From NCBI GenBank assembly GCA_030704615.1, contig CM060732.1:34596001-34660000 (forward strand): 64,000 bases of DNA, in the 5' to 3' direction. Shown here in pieces: positions 12,252 to 24,740 of this stretch (positions are counted from its first letter, which is position 1; each line of letters begins with the position of its first letter). The notes under the pieces were generated by a model. It saw only the letters and a list, made by a program, of their open reading frames with translations, did no database searches and was not told the DNA's origin. This stretch comes from Takakia lepidozioides. Taxonomy: Eukaryota > Plantae > Bryophyta. The position numbers and the translations under genes were made by a program.

Positions 12252-15200
12252 ATGGGAAGCAGATTGAAAGAAGACGAGAAGAATGAGATGATCGTAAGGC
12301 GTCTGCTTAAGCTCACTGAAAACAAAAGGTGCATCAACTGCGGCGGTGTGGTTAGTTTCTCCCATACACTTGCTTTTCTGGATGTATATACCTGGAGCAG
12401 ACAGCTTCTTTCTGGAAATAACTTGACTCAAGCTTCCTGACTTCTTGTGGTTCTACACGCAGTGTAGATCCTTAGATTTATATGGTAGTGAGGATAGGAA
12501 AGTACCTCACGATTACGTTAGTTGTGGGACTTTTTATGAAGATGTACAGTTCCAGTCATGCGCCAGGTTTTCTCTGAGAGTTTAGATTGGTCTTCCTACG
12601 AGAAGTAGTTACATCCCAAATCAGCGCGGACAAGTGAGGGAACTGATGTAGGCAATGCTGGTATCGCAGGGTCCCCAGTATGTTTGCATGAACTTTGCCA
12701 TATTCGTCTGCACACAATGCAGTGGAGTGCAGTAAGTGTTTACACACCTGATCTGGCGGTGATGGTTGAATTAACTGAGTCGATGCATCAGCCTACAATA
12801 ACCTAGGATGGTTTAGAAAGAAGAAATCCAACAAAATGGAAGCATTACATTGTTCACTAGGCTTTTGCAGCAGGGTTGTTATGTCTGCTTCATTAACAAG
12901 TGCTCTAAGATGATTGGTTGTATGCAAACCACTTGGTGAATGATCGTGAATGGATACAGTTGTACAGGTCTAAGACCAATGCATTACAAACTGTGGCTTT
13001 AACCAATTAGGTGGAATTCATTGTGGCTGAATTTCACAATGCGATGCCTTCTGACATATGTGTTAAATCTGTGTAGTCACCCTGATGTATTTGAGAAGGC
13101 CCTTGTTATATTCTTCATTTTTCTTTGAGGATAACACATATTATCCCCAATTGTCCCTCAGAGATCTCTATACTCTTTCTGTGTACATGCTTAGCAGAAT
13201 TTAATTTGATGTCATTTCACATGCAGTCGGGAGTTCACTCATCGCATCAAGTCAATTTCCATGGCCAAATTTACCGCAGCAGAAGTTGCTGCTCTTCAAG
13301 CAGGGGGCAATGAGGTGATTGCTTGCAGTATCTCATGCACTTCAAATTGGACAACACATGTTTTAACCATTTTGACTTGTGGCACAGATCGAGCTGGTAG
13401 CAGATTGGTTAATCTCCAAGTAGCAACACTTGTCTTTCAAGAGTGTATATAGGATATGCTTAATCTATACTGCTTGCCTAGGCACAGTTCGTACTTACGT
13501 AGCATCCTCCTTGCAGCGTGCACGCGACATATTTTTCAGAGAATGGGATCCCCAGCGAAATCCACCACCTGATAGCAGGTTAGTGTTGCTGTTCTTTAGA
13601 TCTTTGTTAGTTCCACTTGTCGTTTACTACTCAGATGTACTGATGCAATGAGTGGCTTTTGAGCAAATTTAGTGTCAGAGTGAGAGATGGTGCAGTGGAA
13701 TGATTTCTCTCTTGTGATGTTCTGGTTTGGTGTGCAGTAATCCAGACAAACTGCGGGACTTTATCAAGCATGTGTATGTAGAAAAGCGGTATTCAGGGGA
13801 CAGACCACCTTTGAAGGGCCGGCAGGTTTGGTTTTTCTGCCACAGATCTTCACAGTGCCACTTTTGTACTGCAGACATCTTGGTGTTGCACAGAGTGGAT
13901 TGTCGGGTCTCATGTTTATGATGTCAAGGTTGCTGAATTGGTTAGTTGTTTTGCCTCATTTCTGCTGGCAGGTTGACCGGGAAGATTGCTATGAGTCACG
14001 CCGGCCTGACACACTAAAGGACATCTCGGCGGATATGAGGAGTCCTTCCTATGATGACCGTGCTGATGATTTGCGATATAGTGATCGATCAGGGCCACGG
14101 AGATCAGATGTAGATAGAGGGTGGTTTGACAAGAAGCTCAGCCCCATTCGCAGTAAGTCAGGAGCTGGACGTCGAAGTTATGATGAGCGTGACCGCCGTA
14201 CCGAGGAGCGCTTAGCCAATGACTTTAGCCGGGACAGACGTTTTAGTTTCCGAGATTTTGATGCAACTCCTCCTCCTGTGCACTCAGTAAAGGATATACT
14301 AGGGGACAATGTCCCTGCCCTTCATGTGGAACTTACTGATTCCAATGGCTGCCTGCAGGATGATATTTCCTCTCAGTCGCTTGGCTCGCGGGTGAGACTC
14401 TGTGGTCACTCTCCAGGACTTGAGGGCTCTACTATTGCTGTATGTTGTGCTTTTATGGTGCTTATGAGTCTGTGATGAAGGCATGTTCTCCCTTGCTCCC
14501 CTTCAAATTCGTTTTCATGAGGTGCATGGTTTTCTGATATCAGGCTGAAGCACCAAAAGATCGACGATCACAAAGTTTTGGCTCATTGGGAAATGGCAGA
14601 GCACCTGTTGCCAGTTCCACTCACAAACGGGTCAGCTCAGGAAGTTTGATAGATTTCAGTGCAGAGTCTGAGCCAGTAACAAGGACAGCTGCAGTTGACC
14701 CACTTGTAGGAATGGGACAAGCGACTGCAGCGGGATCTAACAGCACCGGTTGGGCCACATTTGACCTGGCCCCTGCTGCCCCCTTTCCCCCTGATGGTTA
14801 TCCTGCCATTTTGGCACCCAATAATGGTGCAGTACAATGGACTGGCACAGGGTGGGGCCCAAGCTCTACTGCGGGGGATACTTGGTCTTCCTTTGGGGTA
14901 TATCGCCTGATCCCACTCTGCCTTTTCAGTTGTCCAGAACATTGTTTACTGCCGTATTAGAAAGTGTTGTTGAAACAGTACAGAGGTAATTGGTGGTTGC
15001 TTGCCATGCCATCAATCAGATTTGTGTTAGCTGTGTTGCCAGCAGCCTCACCCATCTGACAAGCTGTACTGGAATTGCAGGCAGGCCCTATGCAAGAACA
15101 ACAGAATGGAGCATCATCCAGTGCCATGCAGGCTTCGCCTGGTTCTGCCAGGAAACGACGAGAGATACCCCAGGTGCACCTCTCCTCTATGACCTCTGCC

Positions 15201-17849
15201 CTCATTTGAATGGCAAGACTCTGTTCAGGAAACTTTGAATGGTGCTCTTGCGTAGTTCTGTGTAGAGGTTTCAAAGCATTGGTCGCTCTTGTTGGACTAA
15301 TACATCTTAAAAGGATCATGTCAGTTGAGATTGTACCCAAAGTTGTATAGATTGGAAAGGGTATGTTATGTGGTTTTGAGAGTGAAGAGTCTGAGGAAAT
15401 GGCTCCTGTATTCTAGACAGCTGAGATGAGTATTTAAGTCAGACCAGTTGGGAGCATTGTTCATTGCCTCTGTGTTGTGCCAATGTTTCCTGCAGCCCTG
15501 CAGCAATTTGTTGATCCCTGGAACTTAATGTGGATCCACCCAAGCAGACCCTCCTTGGCTACTGCCATGGAGGCCATGAAACATGCTTTTTGTGAGTGGG
15601 ATATCTGTGATTCGTGGGCATGTGATGAGATCTTGCTCATCACTATCATGATTTTAATGTTTTGCCAAGATGATTTCAAAATGGAAAGGTACTTGTCTGC
15701 AACAGTCGTTGATCACCCAGGTTTGTGTCAAGTAGTATGCTAACTGGTCCTTGTCGCTAGATACAACAAGAAATTTGCCTTCAAATTTAGAGGCATTGTG
15801 GTAAGAAAATTATACGAAAGCAGTTTGCGATGTGCAGGATTTCTTTGTGCCAGCTTTTCCAGATGCTAGCATGCCCCACATGGAGATGCAACAGGGCGCA
15901 CCTTTACCTGGCGTTCGTTCAGTGGAACCAACATTGGGAGAGTCCCTGGGGACTTTTCCATCAGCTGTAAGTTTCTTTCTGGGCTTGATATATCTGATAG
16001 GAGTTTTGGAATCACCTGTAATGTTGAGTGGTTTATATCATATGTTTGATCATGTCTTTTTATGCAGGGAGTGATGCCAGCTCATACACAGCCACCTCGG
16101 ACCCGGAATCCATTTGATGAAGAGTCGCCTATGACAACTGCTACGGTAGGTTGATTCCCTTCCCCATCAGAGTACTTAACTCATTCTGTGCTTGGACGTT
16201 GTGGGTTTAGGTGCAGGCTGTAAATATCACCATCACGGCCTAAAGCATTCCCAGTGCAGCATAGTGAGGGCTTGTATCTATAAATAGATGTCTTTTATGA
16301 CAGACTGACTATTCTTGTGGCTGCCTTCTGTTATCACTTACCAGGTGTTGAGGTTTTGGTCATAGAATTTGTGTACTCTAAGGCATCAAGCAAAACTGTC
16401 CTTTTCTGTCCCCGTTATTCCCTTGTTGGGTGGAAGTTAAGTTGTATTTCAGGGTACTTTTACCAGCATCTATTATTTAAGTATATTAGATGTAGTGCTG
16501 CAATGAATCCACAGTTTATTGTAGAACTTGTTCAATAACAAAATGATCTTGTTTGAGCCCCACTCAGACTCTGCTATGTGAGTCTAGTCATGGACGATTT
16601 ATTCTGTAGGATTTGCAAGTTATTTAGGGTGTTGTTTGTGTGGCGCAAGTAGGTTTGTTTGAGGTGAGCTGAACTGGACACTAAAGCCAAATGATATATA
16701 ACTCACTAATGATGTATTATGTCTTGTGTTTGATCCCGCAGTTCCCCGGCATGGGTTCTCTGCAAGCAGCACTTCCACCAGCGATTCATGTGACTAGTGC
16801 AGTTCCTCACTGGTTACATTCCCTACCGCAGTTCCCTGCCCCTGCTAACCCAGGTACCAAGAAAATTGTTGTCACTGCTTTACATAGTTTTAGCGGGGCT
16901 ACAGTCACTTATCATCCACTGATACCCCTTGAAGTTAAGGTATCTCATACGTTGTCAGAGCAGGTGGCTGAATTGATGAAATTGGAGTATGGAAGCCAAT
17001 GGAGATGGGCATTCTTTAGTCTGCTCTTCATTTGTCAACCTAAAAAGTGGAAGGACATGGATATGATTGCACTGGAGATTTTTACATTTTTAGTCCCAGC
17101 AGTTCAGTTGACTGAGTGGGACTCTGGTTAACCTTGTGATACTTTGCAGAGTTACCATCTTCGGAGTGGTTTTCAGAATGATAATGAATTGGATTGCCAT
17201 GTCTTTTCATTATGCATCTATAATAGCTGAAAATGATGTGTACGTCACTGATATAGTTCAGACAGATTCCCCCATACCTTCTATTCCTGGTTTACTTCTA
17301 AGATTATCTTGAACTCTTGGATATTGAAGTTCCAGAAGCTTCAAGGTGTGTCATTGTAATGGGTGCTCCTCTGAATGAAACCCCAATGATTCTGGACTAT
17401 TTTGCAGGAGGTATTGGATTTGGTGGCCAGTTGTCACCTGGCATTATGCCCTCCTCCCTCTTGTAAGAAATCATCTTGTGCTGGCAATTACTTTTTTATT
17501 CAATGCCTATTACCTTGTCATTATATCATGTGGCCTTTGATGCTTATATTGCTTGTCATGTACACCTCTGCCTTCGGTCTGTGAAATTTATCTATTGTTC
17601 ATCCTGTGGTTTTTGCATATCAGGCCATATTCCCCCTCTATGAAAATTGAAAATGAAAGCTAGCCGGCACTGGGTAGGCCTTTCTAGTCTCTTCTACAAC
17701 CAACTTCAATATTGACCAGGGTATGATGGTGCAGACCAGCTGAGGCGTCAGGAGGGTTTACCACTGCACCAGAATATGCTGCCTATTCAGGGTCCCAGTT
17801 CTTATCACATACTGTGATGTGGCCTACTGGTGGCAATCCCTTTGGTTAA
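12252..17849 (+). CDS. ArfGAP-domain protein, AGD14/ZIGA4 (AGFG/Rev-interacting protein)-like, ~13 exons
   Basis: MGSRLKEDEKNE...NKRCINC|GPQYVCMNFAIFVCTQCSGVH|REFTHRIKSISMAKFT...GGNE|RARDIFFREWD...|NPDKLRDFIKHVYVEKRY, followed by a low-complexity region with NPF motifs ending GGNPFG* (TAA 17847-17849). Middle exon boundaries are approximate. Confidence 0.88.
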
Positions 17850-20800
17850 GAAAGCCCTAGCCCTTAGTCTGATGGAGCCCTAGCCCTTCTGTGGAGTTGA
17901 CAGCGACAAAAGTGGCTTATTATACTATGACCTGAAAAATGAATGGTTACTGTTTTTAGTCGGATGAGTTTCTGAAGACTGTATTTGGGATGGCTTTAAA
18001 CCTGGAGGATCTCCTAGGAGGATCCTCATTTGTTGGATGTAATGAGTTCGTTCATGAATTTGTAATCTCAAAGTAAACAGGAAGAGAGTGTCTGATACCT
18101 TGCTTCTTGATGGAAGCATGTCCAATGTCCCCAAGGTAAGGACAATGTGTTTGTAGGATTTGAATAAACTATTCTTTGCAAGTTTTGACTGCCTGGGGGC
18201 AGGTACATAGTACATGTCTCAGCAGTGTGTTTGAAGGCAACAATGACATCCACAAGCAAATTGCTGCCTTTAGTTGTTTTAGTGAAATTACTCTGTCAAC
18301 TATATGATTCCAAGTGCACATACATCTTCCCTGAAAAACATGAATAATGTTGGCTGCTGAGAAGTGATATAAAGTGACAGGAGGACAACAATAAGTTGTT
18401 ACTTGGACTTTAAAAGTATATATATATAAAACAGGGGACAGAGGCCCTGATGAATCTTTATTGGACTTTTTTAATCTCAATAAAGCAAATCTATGAAGAC
18501 AATTGGACTAGAACTTAAATTTGCAGTCCACAAGCTCGAAATGCTTTGCAGTCATATATAGGATGGAATCTGTGAGATCGTATGGATTTCGTGTCCCTAG
18601 CAAGACCATTCATAACAAAGCTCCGAGCCCCACAAAGCCAATTGAAAGAGATACTTCTAATGGTGGACAGTCTAAGCAACAAGTGGAACATGGGTAAAGA
18701 GAAAGTCATCATCAGCTCAGAAGAGTCTCCTGGAGGCAACTGAAAAAGGCAATGCAGGCCTTGAATCCATAAGGTAGAAACACCCAAATGTGTGCGCACT
18801 TAAGCAGTATGATTCATAGGGCTTGGTGCAGCGATGAGGAAATAATATGGTTGGATTAGCAATTCAACGAACAGGACCTCATGTAAATTCCAAAATTTTA
18901 GAGGCAAGTGGTCAATTGATATGAATTATCAAAAGTGGTGGTACATAACTTTCTATGTCTGTGCTGTAGACCTACCTAATGCTCACCCAAATTATATGTA
19001 ATCTAAAACCTGCTCATGCCTCATATGCACAACATGTGCATCTGAAAACATGCCATGTGTAAGCAATTAATAACCACCTTTAGACCTGCCAATGGCCTGG
19101 CCTGACATCTACAATGGTGTCGTAGGCATGCAAACTCAAAGCAGCAATGGCCTCAAAACTGAACAACTACAGTATGAAGTCTGTCCATGATGGTTCCCAA
19201 AAGTCATCAAACATGGATGAAATATTAAGCCCCCGTAATTGTATTCTTATCCTTGTTGGAACACAAAGCAATTCATTCCCGTCGCTCATACTCTTTTCTC
19301 TCAACCCTAACTTGTCCATGTGGCGAACGCTATCGAACTCCCACGCTCTTGTGAACTCCCGCCATCTCCAAAGGCTCTAAGTAAGCTTACCTTCATCTTC
19401 CTCGTTGACTTAAAATTCATGAGTGGTATTGGAGTCTATGGAAAAGGTGTATATGTGCGCATTGCCATTTGTTCTTTAAGATGCTGAGTGCCACTTCCGT
19501 GTTTCACATTTTTTTCTTTGCGACTATCTGGCTTTTCTTCCTTACATAGTTGTCAATGTCCTGGTCTGGGCCCTTGTTCTGTGGATTCGAGATGAATTTC
19601 CAGATGTTACACCCGCTCTGGAAATACACCACATGGCTTGGTTTATAATATGGTTTCGTCTCCTTATCAAGGCCGTTCGACAAGTCTATTTCGACAGGAC
19701 CATGTTTTGACCTTTATTGTATCCTAACAAACATTACACATTATACCATACAGGGGTGAGAGCCCCTCAAGTAGACACATGGCCACATCTTCTTGGCCAT
19801 CTTCTTCCCCACTGGAAGCACCCCATAATTCATGGAGTCCACACAACCCCACATAACAAGGGGTTACCTACGCCACTTCAAAAGTTCATTCTATCACATC
19901 CTAAATCCAGATAGTTGAACCTTATGAATGCAAACATGTTCCAAAGGTAGACCACCAGACCATATGATATCTTCATGGCTCCTACCATGCACATGCATTG
20001 ACTACCCATGCCATTGTCTCGCACGGCTATGGCCTTGATATTTTGTGTGTCCATTGACTTCCTATCTCGTCGCCAGTGCCAAGGCACATGCATTGACTAC
20101 CCATGCCATTGTCTCGCACGGCTGTGGCCTTGATAGTGAGGGAAGGGAGTGGTCCCGTTGGCACTGGCGAGAGATAGGAAGTCAATGGACACACAATCAT
20201 CTCGTCGAATTTTCACTTTGCCATGATAGGTACCTAGATCAATCAATATGTATAAACGTGAAAATTATGAGCCGCTCATATTGCGCCTTTGTCAACATGG
20301 ATGGAACACCGCCCCTTTGACTATCATCACTGTTGGTGGGAGCACACCTACACAATAGTCTAAAGTACACCACCCCCCTTAATGCGTACCATGCACTTTA
20401 CAGCTATCACATCGCTTACATCCATAATTCTCTTAAGAAAAAGATTTAGAGTGGCCAGGTTGCCACTATGTAGCTTGCTCTGGATTTAATAGAGCCCACC
20501 CCTGAAAGAAGCAGCACCCGCAAGGGAAAAAGGCTCTTATTTACGCAAGCTCCGGCTAGCGTCACATATAAAAAGTGATGCCTGAAGGTCAGAGACTAGT
20601 CTCGGTGTAGAGCAGGAATAGGGTCCCCTAGTGCCACATCATCATTGTTCTAGCTGCCCGGAGAAAACACAAATATGATTATTGCATAATCTGTTTTATT
20701 ATATGTTCTTTTGTTTTTCTATATATTCAATGTAGATGTTACAGTTTCTAAAAATTAATTATGATACGGTCACCAAACAAAAATCCGTGTCTTGCCTAAT

Positions 20801-21933
20801 TTTGGAAACCCTCCAAAGTCCAACCTTTTGGTTATGTGGTGAGCATGTTGCAATTTACTAAAGTATTACGAGAGCATATTTATATATATATATATGAATA
20901 GCTAATGAAATATCAAAACTCTTAATACCGTAGTACTTGGCAAGATCAACAATCATCTGTCGAATATTTACTTTATTTTGAGGGTTTCATTTCAACATGT
21001 GGAATATTCCCAAAGATGCTTTATTATCATTCACAAAGTTAATTAATTTCAAAAAATCAATTTCCAAAAATTTTAAATATTAAAATTTGTGTTGAAATTG
21101 CCAAGGTACTACGGTATTGGATTTTTTTCGAGTCTTGTCTATTTTTAATTATTAAGATATAAATATATTAATACATTATAAATATACATCAACAAATTAT
21201 ATGATAGCCTATACTAGATCGGACGAATGTATATATACTCTCTATGTTTAAATATTTTAATTTTGCTTGTTAACCCTTAAACGACAATTAGGCATCTTTT
21301 TGCTATAATTTTTTAGAATTAGGCACATGAGAAGAGAAAACATTTATTTTCTTAAGAATAAAATTACCAAATAGACACCCAATGCCCATGGGCCCTTCCA
21401 GGCTCCAACTACCTTCCATTTCCTTTGAAACCCTAAAAATGCCCATCTTTGATGCTCCAAGGCTCAAGCTGGTACAGGCAAGCTCTCCCTTTGCTCTCAC
21501 ACTTTAGGTGAGTTCAATATTGGTAGTCCACACTAGTGTAGGCACGTTGGTACAGGGCTTTGGTACATTGGTCATTGGGTAGGCACGCTGGTTCAGGGCT
21601 TTGATACATTTGTCATTGGGTACACTGGTTTTCATATTGGTATGCTGGTGCATGGTGAAACCTTTTACATAATGGTACTCTTGAATTGTGGTAGGCTGGT
21701 AGGCTAGTTATTTATGCACGCATATATTTGTATTGATTTTTGTTCAAAGAAATTTTGATCTTATTACAAACAACATCAGAAGAGGCTTGCAAGTTTTTTG
21801 GTGGAATTTTGGGGCATTAGGCACTTTGGTCCCATAATTTTCCAACAATTAGGCCAAAATCTGAAAAATTCACAGAATTGATTAGGCACTTTCATTTTGA
21901 ATTAATTATCGTCTAAACGGTTGTCCAAACGGT

Positions 21934-24740
21934 AGTCACAGACATAGCCTAGAAGAACTTACTAAGAGTAAATACCAGAAATTACTAAGTTATAATGTTA
22001 TCGAAAATTATCATGATTTACCATGATTTACCATAAATTACCATTATTTACCATTAGTTACCATTAGTTATAAGTTCTATGAGTTTATCAAATTACCGAG
22101 AGTAAGTTGGGAAACTCCTCAAGAAGTTTCTTTGAAGGAAACTTCTCCATCAAGATTCATCATTTGTTTAAGGAAACTTCTCCATCAAAAAACCGACATT
22201 GGGAAAGCTTTTTAGGGAATTTCTTAGTAGCTAGTATATATAGACGGCGAGACTAGACACTCTTCAGTCTCGCCAACACAAGTTCAAGCTACTTTTGTTT
22301 TCAGTCCTAGTACTCCAGTTCAACTTCCAATGCTCTAGCCCAGTTTCTAGTATCTGGCATTCCAGTCCAGTTTCCAGCATTCCAGTATTCAAGTCGAATT
22401 CCAGTATCTTGTACTTTTGTCCATTGTTATAAAAATCATCTTGATTCTTGTTTATCCATCATGCACTCGGCCATGCCGACCTTGACTTCTTATCTAGTCT
22501 TGTACCTCTAGTCTGATATATTGTTTGTGTTCAATCATGTTCACGTCTTTGACAGTTTGGCGAGACTAAAGTTTGTTCCTTAGTTAGTTGAGATGGAAGG
22601 CACATTTACAGAAATTATCGTCACTTTGCAGAGTCTTCAGCTCCAGATGCAAGAATTTCGTATATGTACCGCCCAATTACAAGCTGATCAATCTCAAGAT
22701 CTTGGCAACACTCTCCACAATTTGCAACAACAAATTTCAGAGTTAAAGGAGTCGAACAATAGATCTTTAACCATACGAGTCCCTACTACAACACTCATAC
22801 TGCAACGGTTCCTCTTTAATAGGTTACGAGAGAGCCAAAGATCAGCATGCCCGAGAAATTTGATGAGACAAGATCAAGATTTTGCGGTTTTGTTCAACAA
22901 GTACGATTGTTCCTACGACTACATCCACAACGCTACCCCGATGAAGGTATTCAAGAATGTGGGTACCCTTCTATCAGGCACTGCCCTATCTTGGTTTGCA
23001 CTACTAATAGAAAAAAATTTACATTTACTACACAATTTTGAAACGTTCATGTCCGAGTTCACTGCAACGTTTGGAGATAAAGATAAAGAGAGAGTTGCAG
23101 AAACAAAAATGCGAAATCTTTGACAATGAGCACGTCCTGCTTCCGTTTATGCTGCCGAATTTCGACAACTTGCGTACGACCTCGACTGGAATAAGAAGAG
23201 CATCATTAATCAGTTTCGATGTGGGCTAAAAGATGATACAAAAAATTTGTTGTTGACAATGACAAACGTGAGTATACTGAGTGAAGTGAATTCATCACCC
23301 AAGTCATTACATGCGATAATCGTTTGTTCGAAAGACGTAAAGAGAAGTGGTCTGGATGGTCGACGACGCATCATGTCGCTGCTACTACGGCACCAAACAC
23401 AACGATCCATCAGACATCCGGTAGTAATCCTTTGCAAATTGATGCTGTCCGATTGAAGCCATTGACCCCACAAGAAAAATAAAGACGACGCTCGAATGGA
23501 TTATGCCTCTATAGCGGAGAAAAAGATCACGTAGTATTAAACTGCCCCAACAAGAGAAGATTCAAAGCTCGGGGCGCAACTCAAGTGTTCGATATGAGGA
23601 GGTCGGAAGACGAAGATGTCCAGTCACAGTAAGGACCATGCAGCTGGACACCACAAATTCCTCACCAAAAAAATGACTCTTTCTACCTCCAGACCCTACA
23701 CCTTGCTTCACAGTTCCGGTAAAAATCAGAGTGTAAATCGAGATATCTCTGTAGAAGCACTTTTGGACTCAGAGGCTTCAACATGTTTTATTGACAAAAA
23801 CTTTGCGAAACAACATAATTTAACGCTCGTAAAGAAGAAACTTTTGGCCCCCGTTGAAGTCATCGATGGACCATCGTTAGCATTAGGAAATATTGACCAT
23901 GGAACTCGACCACTTAAAGTGAAGCTTAAAGATCAAGCATCACAGATTGTTTTCAACGTCATCGAGTCTCCAATAAATCTTGTGATTTTTGGACTTCCTT
24001 GGTTCGTACTTCACAATCCTGACATCGACTCGCTTTCACGAAAAATTTCTACAAAAATATAAAAATATCAAAGGTATTCAACCCATGTTCCCTAGAGCTA
24101 GAGTTTTCATGAGAGCTACCAAAGATGATGCGGCATTTGCACTTTATGCGACTCCGATCAAGACCACAACAGACAAAGGTACTTCAACATTACCCACTCA
24201 ATATCAAGATTTCAAAGATGTCTTCGAGAAGAAAAATACAGACATCTTGCCAGAATATCAACATTGTGATTGTGCATTTGAGTTACAAGAAGAAGCCCAA
24301 CCACCATTCGGCCCAATCTATAACTTATCCCAGACGGAGTTGGCTACATTACGTGAATACATTGAAGAAAATTTGTCGAAGAACTTCATCCGACATTTAA
24401 AATCACTATGATGGCGTCTATCTTGTTTGTAAAAAAGAGGGACAGATCATTACGCATGTGTGTTGACTATCGCGGTCTCAACAAAGTCACAATTAAGAAT
24501 CGTTATCCGTTGTCGCTGATTTCTGGGCTTCTCGACCAGCTGGGACAAGCGAAGATTTTCACCAAAATTGACTTGAGATGAGCTTATAACCTTGTACGGA
24601 TAAAAGAATGAGACAAATGGAAAACAACTTTTCGAACGAATATGGACATTTTGAATACAGTGTTATGCCTTTCGGTCTCACAAATGCTCTAGCAATTTTC
24701 CAACATATGATGAATGACATCTTTCGAGAATTTTTTAGAT
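21934..24740 (+). mobile_element. Ty3/gypsy element A (Tcn1/Tf1-sushi-like): 5' LTR 21934-22554, degenerate gag-PR-RT, truncated within RT
   Basis: MPEKFDETRSRF gag; ALLDSEAS protease; [20 protein letters not shown] and [11 protein letters not shown] motifs. LTR is homologous to 33905-34497 (-). Confidence 0.9.

Noticed and set aside
19400-20350. Possible L1 ORF1 remnant on the - strand (EIDLSNGL-like) and a ~50-bp direct repeat at ~19990/20084
   Set aside because: Too degraded to support a call by eye.
20916-21124. Inverted repeat aataccgtagtac(c)ttggcaa in AT-rich DNA
   Set aside because: Probably an old MITE interior; no termini or TSD could be defined.
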